DNA from: Candidatus Latescibacterota bacterium
GTDB taxonomy: Bacteria > Latescibacterota > UBA2968 > GCA-2709665
Length of the DNA stretch: 64,000 nucleotides
NCBI GenBank assembly: GCA_965219455.1
Contig: OZ244744.1
Location: 2,176,001 to 2,240,000, forward strand
Direction: 5' to 3'
Position numbers and translations under genes: made by a program. This document shows, piece after piece, positions 43,341 through 52,373 of the stretch. How positions within the stretch are numbered: position 1 is the first letter of the stretch; each line of letters starts with the position of its first letter. The notes beneath the pieces are model-generated. The model was given only the letters and a program-made list of their open reading frames with translations, was not told the DNA's origin and did not search any database.

Positions 43341-43506
43341 TAGCAGTCCGTTGATAAAGTCGCTCTGCAGGCGAGGCCGAGTCATTGTGACCGAGGACAA
43401 GGCGCGCGACCGCGTCGAATCGAGGGATTCGGGGAGGGAGTGCAACGCAGTAATTCGGCCACAAGGGCCGGACGCAGCCCGGATGGACTTTTTCAACGGG
43501 CTGATA
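43341..43506 (-). mobile_element. MITE family B, full copy flanked by TA
   Basis: TA-GCAGTCCGTTGATAAAGT ... ACTTTTTCAACGGGCTGA-TA. Confidence 0.85.
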
Positions 43507-43511
43507 GGTCC

Positions 43512-43564
43512 AGACGGGATGAACCGGTGGAATCATGGTGCCATATTTCCGGGACAGGACGCTA
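43512..43564 (+). mobile_element. MITE family A, solo right end adjacent to the family B copy
   Basis: AGACGGGATGAACCGG...ATGGTGCCATATTTCCGGGACAGGACGCTA. Confidence 0.75.
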
Positions 43565-43609
43565 ATTGCCCCTTCCTCAAAAGTGAAGGGTTGATGGGAG
43601 GCTGAAAAT

Positions 43610-44341
43610 ATGTCCAGGCTCGAAGGAAAAGTCGCGTTGGTAACCGGCGGAAACCAGGGTATCGGGAAAGGAATCGCGCGGGCACTGGCCAAAGAGGGCG
43701 CGAATCTGGTGTTGACCGCCCGAACGGTGGAGACACTGGAATCGGCAGCGGAAGAGATCAGGGCGGAGGGCGTGGAGGCGCTGGTCGCTCCCGCGGACGT
43801 CACCGACGAATTGCAGGTCGAGGCTGTGTTCGCCCAAACGATGGACCGGTTCGGGAGGGTGGATGTCCTGGTGAACAATGCGGCGGCTTTTGACGGGGGA
43901 CCTATCGACGAACTATCCGCATCGGCCTGGGATTGGGCGATGGCGGTGAATCTGCGCGGACCCTTTTTGTGCACGCGGGCGGCGTTTCGCATCATGAAGG
44001 AACAGGGCGGAGGCCGGATAATAAATATAGGCAGCATTTCCGCGCAGCGGGTTCGTCCGAATTCCGCGCCCTACAGCACGAGCAAATTCGGCATCACGGG
44101 CCTTACGCATGCCACGGCGCTGGACGGCCGGGACTACGGTATTGCCTGCTCCTGCCTGCATCCCGGCAATACCCTGGTGGAACGGCGCCAGGAATCCAAC
44201 GTGCCCACGGACGAGGAACCAATGATGACGGTGGATGAATTGGCGCAGGCCGCGGTAACTATGGCCACGCTGCCGCTTCACGTCAACATGCTGGAGGCAA
44301 TCGTTTTGCCCGTAGGGCAGCTGTACGTTGGGAGAGGATGA
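43610..44341 (+). CDS. SDR family oxidoreductase
   Basis: TGGNQGIG, NNAA, YSTSK. Confidence 0.92.
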   Translation: MSRLEGKVALVTGGNQGIGKGIARALAKEGANLVLTARTVETLESAAEEIRAEGVEALVAPADVTDELQVEAVFAQTMDRFGRVDVLVNNAAAFDGGPIDELSASAWDWAMAVNLRGPFLCTRAAFRIMKEQGGGRIINIGSISAQRVRPNSAPYSTSKFGITGLTHATALDGRDYGIACSCLHPGNTLVERRQESNVPTDEEPMMTVDELAQAAVTMATLPLHVNMLEAIVLPVGQLYVGRG

Positions 44342-44501
44342 ATGGATATCGGCATGTATCCCGACCTACCTGCATCCGAAACCCGGCGCCGGCCACAGGC
44401 GATCACAGGAAGGGGAAGCGGCTGTATCGGGAATCGAGTCCGCGAGTGTGTGATGGCTGAGTTTTAGGCGCCGCCGGATTTTTTCAAATCGAGGAATTTT
44501 C

Positions 44502-44530
44502 TTGACACTCGCGGTATGATTGTTTAATGT
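44502..44530 (+). promoter_or_regulatory. sigma70 promoter of the aromatic cluster leader
   Basis: TTGACA-N17-TAATGT. Confidence 0.7.
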
Positions 44531-44616
44531 TACACCGTCCCTAGTTGGTGCGGCTATTCGGCGAAAACCGGCGCCGGTAATAGGTCGACAGGGGCTTGGA
44601 ACAAGGGGGATCGAAC

Positions 44617-44724
44617 GTGACGGATCATGGACAGTACGGGTTTTCCTGGCGCGGGTATTTTTATCGCTCCTACCGGTGGTATTACCGGGAGGTCTCGGAA
44701 CGTCATGTCTGCCCACGCGAATAA
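44617..44724 (+). CDS. Aromatic-residue-rich attenuator leader peptide (35 aa)
   Basis: AAGGGGGA RBS, GTG start; MTDHGQYGFSWRGYFYRSYRWYYREVSERHVCPRE; 6 Tyr, 2 Phe, 2 Trp in codons 7-23. Confidence 0.8.
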   Translation: MTDHGQYGFSWRGYFYRSYRWYYREVSERHVCPRE

Positions 44725-44747
44725 GCCGTTGACAGAGTTGGAAACTT

Positions 44748-44778
44748 AGCCGTGGGCGTCTGCTCACGGTTTTTTTTT
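44748..44778 (+). terminator. Attenuator terminator
   Basis: AGCCGTGGGC-GTCT-GCTCACGGTT then a T-run; the 5' arm can instead pair with GCCCACG at 44711-44717. Confidence 0.85.
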
Positions 44779-44925
44779 ATCCCGTCGAAACAGAACGCCA
44801 GTGAGACGTTAAAGCGTCAATCCCGCCGGCTGGCTGCCTGTCTCCGGATGCAGGACAATCGCTCGTCCGGCACAAACGGACGCGGAAGTTCGATGCGCGA
44901 ATTCTGATATATATTTCGAAGTCAG

Positions 44926-46416
44926 GTGAAATTCGTGAGTACACCCGATTTGAAGGCGTTGAAAACGCTGGCTGAAGGCCGGGGGGTGGTTCCGATTTCC
45001 AGGGAAATCCTCGGGGATACGGAAACCCCGGTGTCCGCCTATCTGAAGCTGCGGCCCCGGAGTCCCTACAGCTTTCTTTTCGAGAGCGTGGAAGGGGGAG
45101 AGAAGATCGGGCGCTATTCTTTCCTGGGAGTGGAGCCCTTTCTTGCGTTTCGGTCGTGGAAATCCCGGATAGAGGTGGAGGATTTGAAGCAGGGCGACGT
45201 TCGGGTATATGAAGGGTCACCCATCGCCGAGCTCAGGCGGCTGCTGAGAAAATACCGTTCAGCGCAGTTGGAGGGACTGCCCAGGTTTACCGGAGGGGCT
45301 GTAGGTTACGTGGGCTACGATGCAATCCGGTTGGTTGAAAATATCCCCGACCGCACGCGCGACGACCACGGTTTGCCGGACATCGTGCTGCTTTTCTACG
45401 ATACGCTTCTTGGCTTCGACAACATTCGGCAGAAGATCCACCTGATTTCCAACGTGCATACCTCCGGAGATATTGAAGACAATTACCGGGAGGCGGAGGC
45501 GCGAATCGATGCGCTGGAAGGTGCCTTGCGCGCGCCGATTCCCACGACCTGCGTTCCGGAAAGAGCGCCCCGACGCCGGGCGTGCGACATCCGGTCGAAC
45601 ACGGAGCGGTCAGTCTATCTGGACAAGGTGCGGCGCTGCAAGGAATATATCGTGGCAGGCGATATTTTTCAGGTCGTACTTTCGCAGCGCTTCGAGACGG
45701 AGATAACCGTCGGGTCACTGGACATTTACCGTGCGCTTCGAACGGTGAATCCGTCTCCATATATGTTCCATCTGGATTTGAAGGACGTGCGGCTTGTCGG
45801 CGCGTCGCCGGAGCTGCTGGTTCGGGTCGAGAACGGCGTTGTGCAGGTGCGTCCGATTGCGGGCACACGGTGGAGAGGGGCTACGGAAGAGGAGGATTCC
45901 GCTCTCGAAGCGGATCTGCTGGCAGACGAAAAGGAACGTGCGGAGCACATTATGCTTCTGGACCTGGGCCGGAATGACGTGGGGCGGGTATCCCGTTACG
46001 ATACGGTACGCGTAACGGAACAGATGGCGATTGAGCGCTATTCTCATGTGATGCATATTGTGTCGAATGTTCAAGGGCGCCTCAAAGATGGCGTGGATGC
46101 TCTGGATGCGCTTTATGCCTGTTATCCGGCAGGCACGGTTTCCGGCGCGCCCAAGATCCGCGCCATGGAAATTATCGACGAACTGGAGCCGACCCGGCGT
46201 GGACCGTACTCGGGGGCCGTGGGCTATATTGATTTTTCGGGCAATATGGATACGTGCATTGCCATTCGTACGATGGTGTTGCTGGGCAAGAAAGCCTACG
46301 TTCAGGCCGGTGGGGGAATTGTGTTCGATTCCGTGCCGGAGAACGAGCACCAGGAAACGATGAATAAGGCGAAGGCGCTGTTCCAGGCCGTGGAATTGGC
46401 GGAAGGTACGGTGTAG
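44926..46416 (+). CDS. trpE: Anthranilate synthase component I
   Basis: [43 protein letters not shown]. Confidence 0.96.
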   Translation: MKFVSTPDLKALKTLAEGRGVVPISREILGDTETPVSAYLKLRPRSPYSFLFESVEGGEKIGRYSFLGVEPFLAFRSWKSRIEVEDLKQGDVRVYEGSPIAELRRLLRKYRSAQLEGLPRFTGGAVGYVGYDAIRLVENIPDRTRDDHGLPDIVLLFYDTLLGFDNIRQKIHLISNVHTSGDIEDNYREAEARIDALEGALRAPIPTTCVPERAPRRRACDIRSNTERSVYLDKVRRCKEYIVAGDIFQVVLSQRFETEITVGSLDIYRALRTVNPSPYMFHLDLKDVRLVGASPELLVRVENGVVQVRPIAGTRWRGATEEEDSALEADLLADEKERAEHIMLLDLGRNDVGRVSRYDTVRVTEQMAIERYSHVMHIVSNVQGRLKDGVDALDALYACYPAGTVSGAPKIRAMEIIDELEPTRRGPYSGAVGYIDFSGNMDTCIAIRTMVLLGKKAYVQAGGGIVFDSVPENEHQETMNKAKALFQAVELAEGTV

Positions 46417-46466
46417 CATCTAGGGATATATCCTGCCACTCTTCAACGATCACGACCCACATTCTT

Positions 46467-47030
46467 ATGATTCTGGTAATCGACAATTACGATTCGTTCA
46501 CGTACAATCTGGTTCAGTATCTGGGCGAGTTGGGTGCGCGGATAGAGGTGTTTCGGAACGATCAGATCGGGCTGGACCAGATCGGCGCGTACCGACCTGA
46601 GAAGATGGTGATTTCGCCCGGGCCATGTACGCCGAACGAGGCGGGAATCTCCGTGGATCTGGTCCGGCGGTTTAGCGGAGAGATTCCGATGCTGGGCGTC
46701 TGTCTGGGGCATCAGTGCATCGGACAGGCCTTCGGCGGCACCGTCGTGAGGGCTCCGGCGATTCTACACGGGAAAGTGTCCGAGATTCATCACGACGGAC
46801 GTTCGATTTTCAGGGGGATGTCACAGCCCTTTATCGCCACGCGATACCATTCCCTGATTGTCGAACGGGACAGCCTGCCGGACTGCCTCGAGGTTACCGC
46901 GCAGACACACGACGGAACAATAATGGGGTTGCGGCACAGGGAGTATCCGGTTGAGGGCGTGCAGTTTCATCCGGAGTCAATTCTGACGGCTGAGGGCAAA
47001 GTGTTGTTGAAAAATTTCCTGGATGGTTGA
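46467..47030 (+). CDS. trpG: Anthranilate synthase component II
   Basis: [27 protein letters not shown]. Confidence 0.95.
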   Translation: MILVIDNYDSFTYNLVQYLGELGARIEVFRNDQIGLDQIGAYRPEKMVISPGPCTPNEAGISVDLVRRFSGEIPMLGVCLGHQCIGQAFGGTVVRAPAILHGKVSEIHHDGRSIFRGMSQPFIATRYHSLIVERDSLPDCLEVTAQTHDGTIMGLRHREYPVEGVQFHPESILTAEGKVLLKNFLDG

Positions 47031-47085
47031 ATTCGGGGATCGAAAGGCTGGACCGGATCTCTGTTTACGGGTTGGGGAGACGGCT

Positions 47086-48105
47086 ATGGCGATACAGGAT
47101 GCGATTGCGAAGCTGATTGAGGGACAGGACCTGACACGTGACCAGATGATCGGGACGATGGACCAGATTATGTCGGGGGAGGCGACGGACGCGCAGATCG
47201 GTGGGTTTCTGGTGGCTCTGCGTGTCAAGGGGGAGACAGTTGAGGAGATCGCGGGCGCCGCGGAGGTGATGCGGGAGAAGGCGACCCGGGTCGTGACGCG
47301 ACACACCACGGTGGTCGATACATGCGGCACGGGGGGCGATGGGTCGGGAACGTTCAATATATCGACGGCGGCAGCGTTTGTCGTGGCCGGCGCTGGCCTG
47401 TGTGTGGCCAAACATGGTAACCGCGCGGCAACCAGCCTTTGTGGAAGTGCGGATGTCTTGAAGGAACTGGGGGTAAATATCGAAGCGGCGCCGGGGACGG
47501 TGGGGCAGTGTCTGGATGAGGTGGGCATCGGGTTCCTGTTTGCTCCTGCCCTGCATGGCGCCATGAAATATGCGATTGGACCCAGACGCGAGGTCGGCGT
47601 GCGTACGATTTTCAACGCGCTGGGCCCACTGACCAATCCGGCTGGCGCAACCCGACACCTGATCGGGGTATATAGTCGATCGCTGACTGACCGGCTGGCC
47701 GAGGTGTTGCAAACATTGCAATCGGAACGCGCGTTTGTGGTACACGGGCTGGACGGGCTGGATGAGATCACCACGACCGGACCAACGCAGGTGAGCGAGT
47801 TGAAGAATGGGACCGTGTCCACGTATGAGATCAGGCCGGAGGACCTGGGCATCGCCAGGGCGACAGCAGGTGATCTGGCAGGTGGCAACGCCGAGACCAA
47901 TGCGGCGATCCTGCGCAGGGTGTTGCATGGTGAGCCCGGTCCGCGGCTGGATATTGTCCTGCTGAATGCGGCAGCCGCCATCGTTGCGGGTGGCGCCGCG
48001 GATGACCTGTCGGCGGGATTGGAACTGGCCAGGGAGACCGTGGATTCGGGGCGGGCGATTGATAAGCTGGAAAAACTGAAACTCGTCGCGAACGAGGGCA
48101 GTTGA
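47086..48105 (+). CDS. trpD: Anthranilate phosphoribosyltransferase
   Basis: DTCGTGGDG..TFNIST, KHGNR, GLDE. Confidence 0.96.
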   Translation: MAIQDAIAKLIEGQDLTRDQMIGTMDQIMSGEATDAQIGGFLVALRVKGETVEEIAGAAEVMREKATRVVTRHTTVVDTCGTGGDGSGTFNISTAAAFVVAGAGLCVAKHGNRAATSLCGSADVLKELGVNIEAAPGTVGQCLDEVGIGFLFAPALHGAMKYAIGPRREVGVRTIFNALGPLTNPAGATRHLIGVYSRSLTDRLAEVLQTLQSERAFVVHGLDGLDEITTTGPTQVSELKNGTVSTYEIRPEDLGIARATAGDLAGGNAETNAAILRRVLHGEPGPRLDIVLLNAAAAIVAGGAADDLSAGLELARETVDSGRAIDKLEKLKLVANEGS

Positions 48106-48183
48106 CACCGGGCAATTTCGTCGCTCACGCCCCGAGCGTACCCCTTGAACGGGAAAATTGGAGGTCGCCCGGCCGAAACGAAG

Positions 48184-48984
48184 ATGGGGAGTATGGCTAC
48201 GATCCTCGATGAGATCATCGCATATAAGCGGCGCGTGGTGGCTGCGGCAAAACAACGGGTCTCCCCCGAGGTGTTACAGAAGCGGGCGGACCTGGTCCGT
48301 GAGCCGGGCTCGCTGATGGAAAGCCTGACTGTCGCGGAGGATATCGCGCTGATCGCGGAGATAAAAAAGGCGTCTCCGTCAAAAGGGGTGATCAGGGAAA
48401 ATTTCGATCCGGTGGAAATCGGTCGGGCTTACGAGGAAAACGGCGCGGCGGCAATTTCCGTGCTGACGGACGTGAAGTATTTTCAGGGCTCCGACGACAG
48501 TCTGACGGCCGTAAGCGAAGCCGTGGAATTGCCGGTACTCCGGAAGGATTTCGTGGTTGATCCTTATCAGATCCATGAAGCCAGGACAATCGGGGCGTCT
48601 GCGGTTCTGCTCATTGTTTCAGCGCTCTCGTTTCGTGAATTGGCAGGGATGCTCGCCGTTTGCAGGGAGTCGAAACTGGGCGCACTGGTAGAAGTGCATA
48701 CCAGAGAGGAATCGAGGATTGCGCTGGATGCTGGAGCGGATCTGCTGGGAGTGAATAACCGCGACTTGAAGACGTTTGAAACAGACCTGCGAACCACGTT
48801 CGATCTGATTGAACATCTACCGGCAGAACTGGTAATTGTAAGCGAGAGCGGCATTGAGACCCGGGACCATGTGGTCCGCTTAAGGGATGCGGGCGTGGAT
48901 GCGGTGCTGGTCGGGGAACATCTGATGCGTCATCCTGATGTCGGTCGAAAGCTTCGAGCGCTGTTGGGCAAGGAAGGCGGCTGA
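48184..48984 (+). CDS. trpC: Indole-3-glycerol phosphate synthase
   Basis: IAEIKKASPSKG, LRKDF, GVNNRDL, SESGI. Confidence 0.96.
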   Translation: MGSMATILDEIIAYKRRVVAAAKQRVSPEVLQKRADLVREPGSLMESLTVAEDIALIAEIKKASPSKGVIRENFDPVEIGRAYEENGAAAISVLTDVKYFQGSDDSLTAVSEAVELPVLRKDFVVDPYQIHEARTIGASAVLLIVSALSFRELAGMLAVCRESKLGALVEVHTREESRIALDAGADLLGVNNRDLKTFETDLRTTFDLIEHLPAELVIVSESGIETRDHVVRLRDAGVDAVLVGEHLMRHPDVGRKLRALLGKEGG

Positions 48985-48992
48985 TCCAAACC

Positions 48993-49625
48993 ATGGTTCG
49001 GGTGAAGATTTGCGGCATCACGAATCCGGAGGATGCGCTCTTTGCGGTTGCCCAGGGCGTTGACGCCCTGGGGTTCATCTTTTATGAACCCAGCCCGCGT
49101 TACGTGCATCCTGGCCACGTGAGCGAGATCGTGTCGGCGTTGCCGCCGTTTGTCACGCCAGTTGGCGTTTTCGTGAACAAGGTCAGGGAGGATATCCTGG
49201 CAATCGTGCGTTCGACGGGGCTTCGGGCGGTCCAATTGCACGGCGACGAGACGCCGGCTGATTGCCAGGGGTATCCTTTTCCGGTCATCCGTGCGTTGCG
49301 GGTCGGCGAGGGATTCAACCCTGCGTCGCTGAGCGTTTATCCCGTAAACACGTTTCTGCTGGATACGGCCAAGAAAGGATGGTACGGCGGCACGGGAGAA
49401 ACGTTCGACTGGCGGGTTGCAAGGGCGGCTTCGGCACACGGTCGGATCATTCTATCGGGGGGGATCGATCCGTCAAACGTGGCGGAGGCGGTCCGGACGG
49501 TGAATCCATATGCAGTCGACTGCGGCAGTGGCGTTGAGGCCGCGCCTGGCAGGAAAGACCACAACAGAATCGCCGAATTCTTCGGCGCGCTTCGCTCCGT
49601 AACAAGTGTTCTGCCCCGGAAATAG
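48993..49625 (+). CDS. trpF: Phosphoribosylanthranilate isomerase; last codons and stop come from a MITE end
   Basis: VKICGIT, VQLHGDE, GGTGETFDW, SGVE..PGRKD. Confidence 0.95.
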   Translation: MVRVKICGITNPEDALFAVAQGVDALGFIFYEPSPRYVHPGHVSEIVSALPPFVTPVGVFVNKVREDILAIVRSTGLRAVQLHGDETPADCQGYPFPVIRALRVGEGFNPASLSVYPVNTFLLDTAKKGWYGGTGETFDWRVARAASAHGRIILSGGIDPSNVAEAVRTVNPYAVDCGSGVEAAPGRKDHNRIAEFFGALRSVTSVLPRK

Positions 49626-49645
49626 ATTGCCGAAATTCGGCCGAC
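49604..49645 (+). mobile_element. MITE family A, solo left end
   Basis: AGTGTTCTGCCCCGGAAATAGATTGCCGAAATTCGGCCGAC. Confidence 0.75.
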
Positions 49646-49927
49646 CAGAAGCAGCAAGAACAGCTATCAGCGATCAGCCGTCAGCTTGAAGCAAAAACCC
49701 AATCAGTTGACGTCAGCGCCGTGAAAAGCCAGCACCCGGAACGGGCGCAATGAGGGCACTTCTACAGGCTCGGTGTCAACATTTCCACAAACTTGCTTCG
49801 GCAAGCCGTTTCGACAGGCTCGACGTAGAAAACGCACCCGGCGAACGCAAAGCGGATAGATTGCCGAAATCTGCGACAATCAGCGTAATTTTGCTTCATC
49901 AACCGAATCGATCTGGAGCGAGACATT

Positions 49928-51190
49928 GTGGACATCTTGAAAGATCTGGAGTTCCGGGGGTATGTTTTTCAGGTAACGGACGCCAGCGGACTCACGGCGC
50001 GGCTCGCCCGGGGGCCGATAACGCTCTATTCGGGGTTCGACCCCACGGCAGCCAGCTTGCACGTCGGCAACCTGATACCCATTCTGGGACTGCGGCGGTT
50101 CCAGTTGGCCGGGCATCATGCAATCGGCCTTATCGGAGGAGGTACCGGTTTGATTGGCGATCCGAGCGGAAGTAAGGAAGAACGCCGATTGAACCCGCCC
50201 GAGGTGATCGCGGCATATACCGAGAAGCTGACAGAGCAACTGGCTAAATTTCTGGATTTCGATACAAGAACCAATCCCGCCCAGGTGGTCAGCAATATGG
50301 GCTGGCTCTCCGAGCTCAAGGCAATTGACTTCCTGAGGGACGCGGGCAAGCATTTCCCCATGGGTTATATGCTGGCGAAAGAGTCCGTGGCTTCCCGTCT
50401 GGAATCCGGAATATCCTTCACCGAGTTCAGCTATATGGTCATTCAGGCATATGATTTCATGGAGTTGTTTCAAACGTGCGGATGCGAGTTGCAAATTGGC
50501 GGGAGCGATCAATGGGGCAATATTACAGCGGGAATCGAGTTGATCCGACGTCGTCTGGGCGGACAGGCACACGGTCTGACGTTTCCACTGCTGCAGAAAG
50601 CCGACGGTTCCAAGTTCGGCAAGACGGCCTCCGGTACTGTCTGGCTGGACGCGAGAAAGACAACGCCCTATCAGTTCTACCAGCACTGGATCAATACGGA
50701 TGACCGGGACGTCGTGAGCTTTCTGAAGCTGTTTACGTTTCTCTCGGAGGATGAGATCCGAAATCTGGAAATGGAGGTGTCACAACGCCCCGAGAAGCGC
50801 GAGGCACAGCGGGTTCTGGCCGACGAGGTAACCACATTCGTACATGACAGTACCGCAACAGACCGGGCGCGACGGATTTCCGAGGCATTGTTTTACGGGG
50901 ATCTGCGAGATCTGAGTGCACAAGAGATAGAGGAAGGGTTCAGCGACGTGCCATCTCATGCGCTCAATGGCGCGACTGAAGTGGGTTTGATTGGCTTGTT
51001 GGTCAATGTCCGCATTTCATCTTCCATGCGCCAGGCGCGCGAAGATATCAAGTCCGGCGCGATACATATCAATGGCCGGCGTTGCACGGATATGGGCCGG
51101 ATCCTTGAACCTTCCGAGAGACTCGCCGGAAAATACCTGGTGGTTCGCCGGGGCAAACGCCGCTACTTTCTGGTGCGCTGGAACAATTGA
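49928..51190 (+). CDS. tyrS: Tyrosine--tRNA ligase
   Basis: GFDPTA.SLHVGN, QIGGSDQWGN, KFGKT, S4-like tail. Confidence 0.97.
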   Translation: MDILKDLEFRGYVFQVTDASGLTARLARGPITLYSGFDPTAASLHVGNLIPILGLRRFQLAGHHAIGLIGGGTGLIGDPSGSKEERRLNPPEVIAAYTEKLTEQLAKFLDFDTRTNPAQVVSNMGWLSELKAIDFLRDAGKHFPMGYMLAKESVASRLESGISFTEFSYMVIQAYDFMELFQTCGCELQIGGSDQWGNITAGIELIRRRLGGQAHGLTFPLLQKADGSKFGKTASGTVWLDARKTTPYQFYQHWINTDDRDVVSFLKLFTFLSEDEIRNLEMEVSQRPEKREAQRVLADEVTTFVHDSTATDRARRISEALFYGDLRDLSAQEIEEGFSDVPSHALNGATEVGLIGLLVNVRISSSMRQAREDIKSGAIHINGRRCTDMGRILEPSERLAGKYLVVRRGKRRYFLVRWNN

Positions 51191-51286
51191 CGGGCAGGCG
51201 CGGGGCGGCTTGTACGTATCGGAATGCAAATCAGGATATGAATATTCGGAACTCAGCAGCAAAAACAAAAGGAGAGGATTCTTTAC

Positions 51287-52264
51287 ATGAAAGCACCATG
51301 GATTACCTATCGGCCGGAACTCAAGGTACTTGATTGTACGATTCGAGACGGCGGATTGATGAATGACCATCATTTTACCGATGATTTCGTGAAGGCAGCT
51401 TACGAAACCTGCGTTGAAGCAGGGGTCGATTATATGGAAATCGGGTACCGAAACTCCAAGGAGATGTTCCCAAAAGGACAATTCGGACCCTTTCGACACA
51501 GTGACGAAGAAGATATCCGCAAGATTGCGGGCGATCACGACCCTGAAACGACCGGCCTGAAGCTCGCCATTATGGCCGATGCGGGCAAGAGCGATTGGGC
51601 GGAAGACATCCTGCCGGCCAGCGAGAGCGTGGTCAGCATGGTGCGCGTAGCCTGCTATGTCGAGCAGATCCCTGAAACCGTCGAAATGCTTTGCGACGCC
51701 CATGAGAAAGGTTATGAAACCAGCTGTAACATTATGGCCATTTCGACCGTGCAGGAGGTCGAGATCGACCAGGCGCTGGAAGTACTGATAAAAACCCCGG
51801 TTGGAACAATATGTGTTGTAGATAGTTTTGGCGCATTGTACCGCGAGCAGGTGGATATGCTCATTCGGAAGTATATGGAAGCCGTCAGCGGAACGGGAAA
51901 AGAAGTGGGCATTCACGCGCACAACAACCAGCAACTGGCGTTCGCCAATACCCTGGAAGCGCTTATTCTGGGCGCCAACCGGGTTGATGCCACGGTGGAC
52001 GGACTTGGCCGCGGCGCAGGAAATTGCCCGCTGGAATTGCTGCTCGGTTTCTTGCGCAATCCCAAATTCAAGATTCGACCTGTCTACAAGCTATTGGAAG
52101 ACCATTTTGTCAAATTGCGCGGTGAATTGACGTGGGGGGCCCTCATTCCGTACAACATCACGGGTCAGCACAACCAGCATCCCCGCTCGGCAATGGCGCT
52201 CCTGGACGGGGACGACCGCGATCGGTATCTGACATTCTACGATCAGGTGATGAGGGATATCTAG
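51287..52264 (+). CDS. DRE-TIM (HMGL-like) aldolase catalytic-domain protein
   Basis: LDCTIRDGG, VDSFG, HAHNN, GLGRGAGN. Confidence 0.85.
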   Translation: MKAPWITYRPELKVLDCTIRDGGLMNDHHFTDDFVKAAYETCVEAGVDYMEIGYRNSKEMFPKGQFGPFRHSDEEDIRKIAGDHDPETTGLKLAIMADAGKSDWAEDILPASESVVSMVRVACYVEQIPETVEMLCDAHEKGYETSCNIMAISTVQEVEIDQALEVLIKTPVGTICVVDSFGALYREQVDMLIRKYMEAVSGTGKEVGIHAHNNQQLAFANTLEALILGANRVDATVDGLGRGAGNCPLELLLGFLRNPKFKIRPVYKLLEDHFVKLRGELTWGALIPYNITGQHNQHPRSAMALLDGDDRDRYLTFYDQVMRDI

Positions 52265-52306
52265 TGTTCTGTTCCGGAAATAGATTGCCGTAGTTCGGCC
52301 GCCGAG
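52262..52306 (+). mobile_element. MITE family A, solo left end on the aldolase stop codon
   Basis: TAG-TGTTCTGTTCCGGAAATAGATTGCCGTAGTTCGGCCG. Confidence 0.75.
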
Positions 52307-52373
52307 GCGCGGGCCCCGAACAACGACGGCGCCTGAGTCCGCCCGGCCACCACACCTTAACGGGATGGAAATT

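Noticed and set aside
44520-44732. 70-aa track ORF as the leader peptide
   Set aside because: It starts inside the promoter and lacks control codons; the aromatic-rich ORF is in another frame with an RBS.
49650-49927. T-box riboswitch before tyrS
   Set aside because: No T-box (GGTGGNACC) motif or terminator; the region consists of repeat debris.
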